DNA from: Candidatus Andersenbacteria bacterium RIFCSPHIGHO2_02_FULL_46_16
GTDB taxonomy: Bacteria > Patescibacteriota > Andersenbacteria > UBA10190
Assembly: GCA_001817065.1 (NCBI GenBank)
Contig: MHHQ01000016.1
Coordinates: 1 to 54,382, forward strand
Direction: 5' to 3'
DNA length: 54,382 nucleotides
The notes beneath the pieces were generated by a model. That model was not told the origin of the DNA. It saw only the letters and a program-made list of their open reading frames with translations, and made no database searches. Below are positions 1 through 8,225 of this stretch, in pieces (positions within the stretch are counted from its first letter, which is position 1; each line of letters starts with the position of its first letter). Made by a program: the position numbers and the translations under genes.

Positions 1-1
1 T

Positions 2-262
2 AACTGTGTTTTTTGCAGCTTCGATCGCGTCTTCGTCTCCTTGAGCGGTTATGTACCGCACGCCACCGATAATGACAAAGATAGCGGCGACAACAGCAGC
101 TAAGGTGAGTAGAGCGTTAACAATTTTTGTGATGGCGCTAATCAGTGTGCCGCTTGAAGTCCCTAAGAATGGCTTCACTGGCGTAAGCCCCCCAGCCAAG
201 GCAATTAAAGGCAATAACAGACTAGCACAAGCTATGGTTAACATCGTTTTTTTGCAGATCAT
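2..262 (-). CDS. VirB2/TrbC-like (CPR T4SS-type) pilin, probable major pilin; 3' end runs off the window
   Basis: Not in the ORF track. Manual translation from ATG at 262 gives MICKKTMLTIACASLLLPLIALA-GGLTPVKPFLGTSSGTLISAITKIVNALLTLAAVVAAIFVIIGGVRYITAQGDEDAIEAAKNTV..., i.e. a signal peptide plus the GGxxYIxxxGDE...AK pilin motif. Perfect SD AGGAGGTGA at 268-276 (minus strand). Confidence 0.85.
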   Translation of the reverse strand, partial: MICKKTMLTIACASLLLPLIALAGGLTPVKPFLGTSSGTLISAITKIVNALLTLAAVVAAIFVIIGGVRYITAQGDEDAIEAAKNTV

Positions 263-410
263 GTATATCACCTCCTGCTGATAATATTTCTTACGCCTAA
301 TAATGAGCATAAGACATGTGAGTAATATAGCACTTTTTCAAATAATTGTGACAAGGATAATTTATGGTCAGGAGAAGAGTGTCCTTAAGATCTGGTGTTA
401 CCAGCCATAA

Positions 411-516
411 TCAAATATTAATGACGGAATTCACTATCCAGGCTGCCAGACCGGCAATAATGATGCCAATTATAGCGTAGGCAATGCTGGCTTTAGCTCG
501 ACGAGTGTTGTCTTCT
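411..516 (-). pseudogene. 3' fragment of a pilin gene, near-identical to the 3' third of 6241..6633
   Basis: Reads EDNTRRAKASIAYAIIGIIIAGLAAWIVNSVINI*. About 5 mismatches over ~85 nt versus ~6260-6348. No start codon or 5' part. Confidence 0.8.
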
Positions 517-579
517 GATTGGAGTTATGCAACAAAGCCGTTTAGTTGTCATATTATTTTCTAAGCATATTATTTATAT

Positions 580-1734
580 TTAAATAGCCCCTTGGAAACC
601 AGGTAGAATCAGATTGTAGATCGCGAGAAAACTAAAACCAAAAACAATAGCACTAACAATAAACAGGCGGGTTAATTGCCGGGCTAAGGTGAGATAGCGA
701 ACGTTGGTAATAAAAGGAAAATGTATCTGGTCGGATAAACGCAGTAGGAACAGAGGCAACAGAATGTCCCAAGTAAAGATAAGTGGATAAAGATAGCGCA
801 GTGTTTGAGATTTGGCGCTGAGGAAAAGACTGCTGGTTGCAGCGGTTATTAGAAAGAGAGTGAGCAGGAACGGCGCGGACACGGGTATTTTTTTGCGGTT
901 ACAGATAAATGACAGAACAGCAAGGAAAATGGAGATGGTGGTTAACGGCGTATAATAAAGCACCCAGAGGGGCGTAAGTTGAAAACCTGGAGAACCGGTG
1001 TCAACAATATGCGAGGCGGTGCTTAAAATAATAGTTTTAATATATTCGATCGGTATAAACCAGAAAAAAGGATTGAACAAGATGGCAAAGAAGATGGAAG
1101 CAGCAACAATTAGAAGGAGGTGCTGGAAGCTAATATAAGCACTCATAAAAACAATGAGGGGCACAGCAATAAAAGTAGTGTCGGGTAGACGAGTCGATAA
1201 ACCTAAGCCAATAATAAAAGAAATAAACCATGCTAAACGCGTGGATAGCGGCCGAGACCGCTTTTCATAAACAAGGAGAGCTAAAAGAAAAAGCAAAGCG
1301 ATCGTGGGGCCGATAACGACATTAGTTGGTGTGCCGTAGAAATAAAGGGGGTGAATGGTGACAATAAATCCCGCTATCAACCACCACGAACTATAGGGGC
1401 GCAGAGTGTGACAGGTGAGCACAATCGAGGCAATCACTAGGGCATTAATGAAAGCGATAGTAGCAAGTAAGCTATATTGGGGGTGGGCGCCAAGGCGAAA
1501 AGCAATAGCGGCTGGTAGAAGGATGGAGGTACCAGGATGTCCACCGTAGCGAAAGTTATCATGGTTATCTTTAAAGTCGATATGAATAGGTAGTTGCAGG
1601 ATGTCGTGTGACAAGTTTTTAACCCGCTCGACCCACTTGACATCATCGGCCAGGGAAATGGTGTGGTAATACGAAACCTGGACAACAAAAGAAACTAGTA
1701 GCACGGCCAGGAAAAAGGTCGATTGGTTTGGCAT
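580..1734 (-). CDS. Multi-TM membrane protein, probable GT-C fold glycosyltransferase (ArnT/PMT-like)
   Basis: Many hydrophobic helices; DD after TM1 (LADDVKW), GHPG loop, late RYLYP motif; lies next to GT4 and TylF genes. Confidence 0.6.
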   Translation of the reverse strand: MPNQSTFFLAVLLVSFVVQVSYYHTISLADDVKWVERVKNLSHDILQLPIHIDFKDNHDNFRYGGHPGTSILLPAAIAFRLGAHPQYSLLATIAFINALVIASIVLTCHTLRPYSSWWLIAGFIVTIHPLYFYGTPTNVVIGPTIALLFLLALLVYEKRSRPLSTRLAWFISFIIGLGLSTRLPDTTFIAVPLIVFMSAYISFQHLLLIVAASIFFAILFNPFFWFIPIEYIKTIILSTASHIVDTGSPGFQLTPLWVLYYTPLTTISIFLAVLSFICNRKKIPVSAPFLLTLFLITAATSSLFLSAKSQTLRYLYPLIFTWDILLPLFLLRLSDQIHFPFITNVRYLTLARQLTRLFIVSAIVFGFSFLAIYNLILPGFQGAI

Positions 1735-1737
1735 ATG

Positions 1738-2532
1738 TTAGGTAGTTTTGATGCCGACCCGACCGGTGTAATCGACACGATGGAGCAAAAGTGGTCTAGC
1801 CTGATGGCTAAAATATTCATTAACCGCCTGACGAGCACCGGCAAAATGACCATAATCGTCGAGGATCAATACTCCGTTAGTAACTAAACGAGGATAGAGA
1901 TGAACCAATTCGTGGTAGGTAGATTTATACCAGTCTGTATCGAGTCTAAGTAAGGATATTTGCTGGGGAGAAGAGGCGGGCAAGGTGTGTTCTACTAATC
2001 CTTCAACATAGACGAGGTAACTATCCGGATAGTGGGTGAGTTGCATGTTTTGTTTTACTTCCGCCAGGGAAGCATAGGCGTAGTCATTATGGTCAGCGTG
2101 TTGCTGATGACGCCAGGTGTGGTGCGCCGGTGAGTTGTCGGAGATGCGGATATCTTCCTTGGTTGGCTCGGTCATGCCCTTAAAAGTGTCATACAGGTAG
2201 ATCGGACGATTGGAAATATGATGCTTCAACAAAGTGAGGGCAATCAACATGGTACTCCCCCCTTTCCAGACCCCGCATTCGACGAAATCACCCGGGATAT
2301 TGTTGGCAATAATATATTCAATTGACTGATAGAGCGAATACATACGTTCCAGAGAGGTCATGGTATAAGGTTGGCATTGGTGGTAAATGGGGGCGAAACC
2401 TGGATCCATATCCTTAGGAAATCCGCGATGGATAGTAATGTTACGGCGGTGGCCGCTAACGTACAACTTGATGCCAAGCGCCTCCGCACCATTTTGTAAT
2501 AAATGTTTAAGTTGAGTGAGGTCGTGTGGCAT
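1738..2532 (-). CDS. TylF/MycF/NovP-family sugar O-methyltransferase
   Basis: Motifs YTMTS.ER, GDFVECGVWKGGS, YDTFKGM, ISLLRLDTDWYKST, LILDDYG. Confidence 0.9.
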   Translation of the reverse strand: MPHDLTQLKHLLQNGAEALGIKLYVSGHRRNITIHRGFPKDMDPGFAPIYHQCQPYTMTSLERMYSLYQSIEYIIANNIPGDFVECGVWKGGSTMLIALTLLKHHISNRPIYLYDTFKGMTEPTKEDIRISDNSPAHHTWRHQQHADHNDYAYASLAEVKQNMQLTHYPDSYLVYVEGLVEHTLPASSPQQISLLRLDTDWYKSTYHELVHLYPRLVTNGVLILDDYGHFAGARQAVNEYFSHQARPLLLHRVDYTGRVGIKTT

Positions 2533-4513
2533 TGGTATCCTTGGTTAGTACTATACCCCATTCATAGCCAAAGCTAGCGGGTAGTAAATAATCGAGAGCG
2601 GCGACGGCAACAAGCAGCGGATGAATGAGGCGAAGCAGGGGTAATAATTTCTCATGCTGGGCGAAATCAAGCGGATTGGATGGTGATAAAGCCAAGTTGT
2701 ATCCGGTCGTGACACGGGAAGGTTGGTGAAGGGTCTTATAGGCAGCGTTGTAGGTCAACTCGATAAGTTCAGTAAAGGCTTTAGAGAATTGTGTGGAATG
2801 AACAATTGTTAAATTAGCCGAAGCACCTAGCTTAACTAGTTCTGTCCAGGCAAAGCCGTCACGAGTGTGCCCGTGCGCCGCCTGATCAATATGAAAGACC
2901 TTATCGGCTAGGTAACGGAATAAATAGAATCCCTGATCGTCAGCCGGTGTGGTAATAAAAATGTGCCCGCTGGGAAGCAGTAGCTCGCGCAGCCGACTAA
3001 GGAACCGGTCGACATCCGTCAGGTGTTCGATAACATCCGATACGGTGATGATTTGGTAGGAGTTAGGCGGCAGTGATTGATCGTAGATATCTGACGTTAA
3101 TACGCGTCCCTGGACAATAGCTCTGGTTTGCTTCGCAGTAGCAGGATCGGTTTCAATGAAGGTCCACTGCCCGCCCATCTTTTCCTGAAGATAACTTAAT
3201 GTACCAACGCCGCTGCCAACATCTAAACAGGTGGCATTGGCTCGCAAATGATGGGCTAAAGCACGACTTAGCCAGCGCCATTTGGCTTGTTTTCGGATAC
3301 TGACATGAAAAACATGCAGTTGCCAGGAAACTTGGACGCGTCGGTAGGCAGAAATAATTCGGTTGGCAACATTGTCCCAGGAATACTTGGTGACCGCTTT
3401 ACTACGCACCTGACCGGCGATGACGCGCGCCGCGATGGGATCGCTTAACAGTTTATTTATGGCTTGTGCCAGCCCCCGAAAGTCTTCAGCCGGATTAGTG
3501 TAGACACCGATATCCCCGAGAATGTCACGATTAACTACCGTATCAAAAGCTACGGTAGGTAACCCAGTGGCCATATAGTTGTAGATTTTACCGTTAGCTT
3601 CGGTCTGGGTGCGCTTAGGAGCCACGGCAATGTCCCCTAAAGCGAGATAGCGGGGGGCATCCTCATAGCGGACACGCCCGGTTATACGAGTGTGATGATT
3701 GATATGTAATGCTTCAGCAAGATGTTGATAAACTGTTTCATTGGGATAGCCCATTAACAATAAGTACACATCGGGGTTGGTGGATAAGACGACCTGGAAG
3801 GCCTTTAGCAGTATGTCTACACCCTTATGGGGGCTAAGTCCGCCTAAATAGACGATGATGGGGCGATCGGTTGGTAATTTCAGGTCATGTAGCAGCTGCG
3901 GATCTGGCTGTTGGGGTTGGAAAATACGAGTATTCACACCGTCATAAGCCATGACAATACGCTTTGGGTTTATCTTAAAGCGTTCAATGAGCTCGCGGCG
4001 CATTTCGGTCGATTGGGCAAGAATAATAGCTGGCAAATGGTCGATTTTTTGCTCTAACGCGTACCAGAAACGTTGTAAGGCGGCTGATCTAGTTAGAATG
4101 AATTTGTGCGCGATTAACTCCCCCGTCAAACTACCTTGACAGTCAAAGACCAGGGGTAAATTGAAGAGACGGCTTATACCCCAGCCGATTAAACATCCTT
4201 CATGTAAATGGCCATGGATGACTTGCGGTTTAAACCGCCAAACGGCTACAACAGCAACAAAAAAGAGCAGGATGTCTAAATAAAATTTATGCCAGCTGGG
4301 GCCGATGGCTTCTTGTTTGTACCACGGAAGTCGCCAGGTACGGATGGTCTTTAAGCCTTTGATATCCCGACCTAGACCATAAGTAGCGATGATAGTTTTA
4401 ATGTTTTTCCGCTGTAGGGCCAAGGCCTGTTCGGCAATATGAACATGACAGCCGCGGTCGGCAAAGAAGGGGGTGGGAGCGATGATCAGGACGCGGGTGA
4501 GAGATGGAGGCAT
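2507..4513 (-). CDS. GT4 glycosyltransferase fused to a C-terminal class I SAM methyltransferase
   Basis: N-part: APTPFFADRGCHV, IHGHLHEG, YLGGLSPHKGVD, EANGKIYNYMATGLP (GT-B/GT4). C-part: CLDVGSGVG, DVIEH, LLPSGHIFITTP. Start placed at ATG 4513 (MPPSL). Confidence 0.85.
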   Translation of the reverse strand: MPPSLTRVLIIAPTPFFADRGCHVHIAEQALALQRKNIKTIIATYGLGRDIKGLKTIRTWRLPWYKQEAIGPSWHKFYLDILLFFVAVVAVWRFKPQVIHGHLHEGCLIGWGISRLFNLPLVFDCQGSLTGELIAHKFILTRSAALQRFWYALEQKIDHLPAIILAQSTEMRRELIERFKINPKRIVMAYDGVNTRIFQPQQPDPQLLHDLKLPTDRPIIVYLGGLSPHKGVDILLKAFQVVLSTNPDVYLLLMGYPNETVYQHLAEALHINHHTRITGRVRYEDAPRYLALGDIAVAPKRTQTEANGKIYNYMATGLPTVAFDTVVNRDILGDIGVYTNPAEDFRGLAQAINKLLSDPIAARVIAGQVRSKAVTKYSWDNVANRIISAYRRVQVSWQLHVFHVSIRKQAKWRWLSRALAHHLRANATCLDVGSGVGTLSYLQEKMGGQWTFIETDPATAKQTRAIVQGRVLTSDIYDQSLPPNSYQIITVSDVIEHLTDVDRFLSRLRELLLPSGHIFITTPADDQGFYLFRYLADKVFHIDQAAHGHTRDGFAWTELVKLGASANLTIVHSTQFSKAFTELIELTYNAAYKTLHQPSRVTTGYNLALSPSNPLDFAQHEKLLPLLRLIHPLLVAVAALDYLLPASFGYEWGIVLTKDTNATRPHST

Positions 4514-4901
4514 TATTTTATAGTAACCAATAATCAGTCCCCGCATCAAAATAATAGAAATTATAAAATAGAAAAATGGAAAGCGAAATAACGTGGAGTA
4601 GCACTATTGCTAGTTTGTGTTTAATCAAACAAATAAGCGTCAGTTAGATCAACTCTGGGGAGCCAGGCAGAATTAGGTTGTACGCGGTAAGAAAACCATA
4701 GCCAAAAATTATTACACTGACGATAAAGAAACGAGCCAAGCGATGGGCACCCGTGAGATTACTGGCACTGACAATGAAAGGAAAGCACAGTTGGTCTGTA
4801 AGGTGGAGTAAAAACAAGGGAAAGAGAATGTCCATGTCATTTAATAATTAAAAGTGAACAGTCGTTCTTTCGGCTATGCTAGGCAGTTGATTTGCTAACT
4901 A

Positions 4902-5069
4902 CGGAAGTCACATTATGAAATGCCACAAATATAGTGACGGGCCCTGTCGGCGCTGCACCCCCACCCGACGGCTTCGGCCTGCCAGGCGGGCAGCCTGCAG
5001 GCGCTCGGTGGGGGTCCCCCGCGCCGCCACCCGTTTATTTAAGAGTGGCATTTCATAATGTGACATCTA
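4902..5069 (+). mobile_element. MITE-A copy 1 (168 bp, TA target duplication)
   Basis: 20-bp perfect TIR GTCACATTATGAAATGCCAC / GTGGCATTTCATAATGTGAC; TA at 4900-01 and 5070-71; four near-identical copies in the window. Confidence 0.9.
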
Positions 5070-5191
5070 TACCTAATCACATGGCTAAAGAACAACAGGG
5101 AAAGAGAATGTCCCAGATAAATATTAACGAATAGAAATAGTGCAGTGCTTGAACCTCCCCGCGGCCTTGCCGCGGGGAATCATCTAGTCGA

Positions 5192-5376
5192 ATTTTTCTG
5201 AGAAAGCATTGAAAAACCCCTCTCGCCCGCCTACCGGCAGGCAGGCTCCCCTTATCAGAGGAGTAGTTGATGCTGCTTCCCCCTAGTATAAGGGGCCTGC
5301 CTGCCGGTAGACAGGGATCAAGGGGGTTTATTACTGATCATCTAGTTATCATGATGGTTTTCAGACAATCTCTGAG
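5192..5376. repeat. Repeat family C copy 1 (REP-like palindromic mosaic)
   Basis: Diverged inverted copy at ~16296-16458; shared GAGTAGTTGATGCTGCTTCCC, GATCAAGGGGGTTTA and TCTAGTTATCATGATGGTTTTCAG. Confidence 0.7.
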
Positions 5377-5629
5377 AGGGCCGCGGCATGAACAAAAAAG
5401 GATAAAGAGGAATCAGTAAAGACAAGACCTAAAGGGGCAGCTTGAATAGGGAGTTTTTTAGCGAATGGGAGTGGGGCATATGAAGGCAGAGTGTTAGATA
5501 GCGAGGTCTCATTTTATAGCACAACTACAAAATAAAGGATCAGGATAGCAGGTGAGACAATAGGGAGACCAATGAAAGTGTAGATAACTTTGATTATACG
5601 CTAACGTTGGGTATGGCGGACGAGGGAAT

Positions 5630-6238
5630 TTACAATGCAAGGATAATTAGATTGACGGCTACGCCTGATAAAGCGATGACAACCAGACCAATTATAGCGT
5701 AGATGATTTGCATCTTGGCTCTACTGGCTTGGTCCTCATCGCCGGTGGAGCTAAAGTACATGACGCCAGCTATAATAATGTAAACAGTTGCGCCGACGGC
5801 GAGAAGAGAAATAATCGCATTAGCTACGGCACGGATACTCACAATCAGGGCAGCGGCCTCTTTGCTAATAACAACATCAACGATCAGACTTGCGGTGCCA
5901 GCGACAAAAATGCCAAGCAAGGCGTAAATGATCTGTCGTTTGGCACGACTTGAGTTGTCCTCGTCACCGGTGGAGCTGATGTACAAGAAACCGGCATAGA
6001 CAATGAATGCTGCGGCTGTTATCCCAACCAGGGATAGAGCAGTGTTAATGAGCGCTAAGATAAAAGGGTATGGGCCATATAATAGATTGGTGAAGGTTTC
6101 AGTACCGAAGCAGGTCATGTTTAAAAAGCCGCAATTGGAAGCAACAATTGGTTGAACTTGAGCGATAACCGGAAAAACACTTAGAGCAAGAACAGTGACA
6201 GCAGCAACGAATAAAAGTGATCGAGTTATGCTAGGCAT
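5630..6238 (-). CDS. Pilin-like protein with two tandem VirB2/TrbC-like domains
   Basis: Signal peptide ending VIA-Q; two repeats AGFLYISSTGDEDNSSRAKRQIIYALLG and AGVMYFSSTGDEDQASRAKMQIIYAIIG. Confidence 0.8.
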   Translation of the reverse strand: MPSITRSLLFVAAVTVLALSVFPVIAQVQPIVASNCGFLNMTCFGTETFTNLLYGPYPFILALINTALSLVGITAAAFIVYAGFLYISSTGDEDNSSRAKRQIIYALLGIFVAGTASLIVDVVISKEAAALIVSIRAVANAIISLLAVGATVYIIIAGVMYFSSTGDEDQASRAKMQIIYAIIGLVVIALSGVAVNLIILAL

Positions 6239-6240
6239 AA

Positions 6241-6633
6241 TTAAATAATATTTATTATAGAATTGACTATCCAGGCTGCCAGACCAGCAATGATGATGCC
6301 AATTATAGCGTAGGCAATGCCGGCTTTAGCTCGACGAGTATTGTCTTCCTCGCCGCGAGACATAATGTATAGAAAACCGTAATAGACTAAGAAGCCAGTA
6401 GCGGTGATGGCAATAAACGATAAAGCAATCATGATGACAGACCACATTAAACCCCAGATAGCGGTGATAGGGGCTTCACCGCCACATCGGATACCCCAAT
6501 TTATACACCACAGTGTTGGAACTCCTCCTAGGGCCGCGGCTTGGGTGTAAAAGGGAAAAAATAGAAGTAATAGCGGTAAACTATATAAGGGCAGATTTGG
6601 CAAAATAGTTGTTGGTGATCGATGTAAATACAT
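6241..6633 (-). CDS. VirB2/TrbC-like pilin
   Basis: Signal ending TQA-A, a Cys pair, and YGFLYIMSRGEEDNTRRAKAGIAYAIIG. Confidence 0.8.
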   Translation of the reverse strand: MYLHRSPTTILPNLPLYSLPLLLLFFPFYTQAAALGGVPTLWCINWGIRCGGEAPITAIWGLMWSVIMIALSFIAITATGFLVYYGFLYIMSRGEEDNTRRAKAGIAYAIIGIIIAGLAAWIVNSIINII

Positions 6634-6668
6634 AATGAAATTAAATAATGTGTGGCATGACTCTTGAT

Positions 6669-7817
6669 TTATAAACTAACCACAACATTAACTATTAGTG
6701 CCGAGATTAACGTAATAAAAATGCCGACAAGAGAGTATGTGATAATTTGCTTGCCGCGGCGTGCTTTGTCTTCTTCGCCGGCAGAGGTGATGTAGGTATA
6801 CCCGCCATAGATGATGGCGGTGGTGGCTATAAGAGCAAGCGGGGCGAGAATGATAACGCCAATTCGGCCAATTAAGGAGATGATGGGATCTGCTCCAACT
6901 CCAGGTCCTAATGGGTCGCCAGCGACATCACGAACAAGACCGACTAATACTCCCGCGTTAACCGCAATAACGAGCCCAATGATGGAAAATATAATAATTT
7001 TTTTAGCTTGTTCTGCTCTCTTTTCGTCACCGGCAGAGAAAATGTACATCAGTCCACCGTATAAAATAGCAGCAGAGCTAGCTATAGCGGTGAAGGACCC
7101 GGCGAATGAAATAAAATTAAGGATGAGCGTTGTGATAGGACCGCCAGGATTAGCCGCGCCAGTATATATCCCTTGTACGATAGAACTGATGGTAACGGCA
7201 AACAGGATAATAAATAACCCAATGATCGCGAAGAAAATGATATTTTTTGCGACAGCGGCTCTTTTCTCATCACCAGCAGACAAAATATACATAATACCGC
7301 CCAATAAGAACGCGGCGCTCGACAAAGGAAAGCCAATTGCATAAAGAAACCAGCTGATTCTGTTTATTAGAGCAATAATTGGATCAGCGAACGCTGCGGC
7401 AGATTCCGGAGTGGCGGCGAGGTAAATCGCTTGGACAGCAATTGAAATCATACCCGCAGCCAGACCGACAAAGAAACCAAGAATAGCGTAGGTGATCATT
7501 TTCTTGGCTTGAGCAGCTCTACTTTCATCGCCGGCTGATAATATATATAGGATACCACCAAGGAGAATCATTAGGGCGCTTAAGGAGAATAAAAGAGCAC
7601 CAATAAAGCTTGTTAGATTGAAAATAAAACCACCAATTGAACCGGAGGCTAAGCCAAGACTTGGTCCTGTTGCCCAAGTAATGGTGTCAGTAATACAAGA
7701 GGAAAGGGATGTACAAACGTCCGGTGAGGCGGCATAGGTTGTTTTTACTTGTATAATAGGCAGAATAATAAGCATTAAAGCCAGCGTTATTATCTGCTTT
7801 GTTGATAAATGTAACAT
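6669..7817 (-). CDS. Poly-pilin with four tandem VirB2/TrbC-like domains
   Basis: One signal peptide (TYA-A) followed by four GGxxYIxSAG(D/E)ExxAxx(A/G)KxxI repeats at ~80-85 aa period. Confidence 0.8.
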   Translation of the reverse strand: MLHLSTKQIITLALMLIILPIIQVKTTYAASPDVCTSLSSCITDTITWATGPSLGLASGSIGGFIFNLTSFIGALLFSLSALMILLGGILYILSAGDESRAAQAKKMITYAILGFFVGLAAGMISIAVQAIYLAATPESAAAFADPIIALINRISWFLYAIGFPLSSAAFLLGGIMYILSAGDEKRAAVAKNIIFFAIIGLFIILFAVTISSIVQGIYTGAANPGGPITTLILNFISFAGSFTAIASSAAILYGGLMYIFSAGDEKRAEQAKKIIIFSIIGLVIAVNAGVLVGLVRDVAGDPLGPGVGADPIISLIGRIGVIILAPLALIATTAIIYGGYTYITSAGEEDKARRGKQIITYSLVGIFITLISALIVNVVVSL

Positions 7818-7834
7818 GGAAGATTAATTAACCG

Positions 7835-8200
7835 TTAAATAACAAGAATAGACCTGATAGTCCATAAGATGATAGCAGCTAGACCGACAACAAATAAGCC
7901 AATGATCGCCCAAGTAATAATTTTCTTGGCGGCGACGGCCTCTTGCTCATTACCAAAACCGCCAATGATTAAACGCATACCGCCAAAGACTAGGGCTAGA
8001 ATGGCAATTAGAGCAGATAAGCGGACGAGCCATCTGGTCAAGCTCATAATAACGGTTCGAATATCTGTCATCTCCGTCCCTAGGGGATTTTCAAATGTAG
8101 CGGCATGTGAGAAAAGGGGTGTGATAAATAGTCCTAAGACTAGAAGCATTAATACGAATTGGCTGTAACGGATGAGGCGGGACATGGGCTTAGTATACAC
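7835..8200 (-). CDS. VirB2/TrbC-like pilin
   Basis: Signal ending SHA-A, FENPLG N-terminus, GGMRLIIGGFGNEQEAVAAKKIITWAIIG. Confidence 0.8.
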   Translation of the reverse strand: MYTKPMSRLIRYSQFVLMLLVLGLFITPLFSHAATFENPLGTEMTDIRTVIMSLTRWLVRLSALIAILALVFGGMRLIIGGFGNEQEAVAAKKIITWAIIGLFVVGLAAIILWTIRSILVI

Positions 8201-8225
8201 TATTATTTATAAGAATTTATTAATA

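Larger units (their letters stand above)
4644..5600 (-). pseudogene. Fragmented paralog of the 580..1734 membrane glycosyltransferase
   Basis: Collinear fragments KKLPIQAAPL (~5430-5460), QALHYFYSLIFIWDILFP (~5097-5151) and DILFPLFLLHLTDQLCFPF...YNLILPG (4644-4833) match KKIPVSAPF / QTLRYLYPLIFTWDILLP / YNLILPG of the intact gene. Interrupted by several insertions. Confidence 0.75.

Noticed and set aside
51-281. 76-aa plus-strand ORF
   Set aside because: Antisense shadow of the minus-strand pilin at 2..262, which has the SD and the family motif.
4934-5134. Repeated MTGPVGAAPPPDGFG... ORFs (also 10789, 15892, 39221)
   Set aside because: Translations of the MITE-A interior; C-termini differ with flanking DNA and there is no SD.
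5376-5470. FFVHAAAL looked like the signal-peptide end of a split pilin matching the 411..516 fragment
   Set aside because: The upstream residues (KKLPIQAAPL) are collinear with the glycosyltransferase paralog, so it is better explained as part of that pseudogene.
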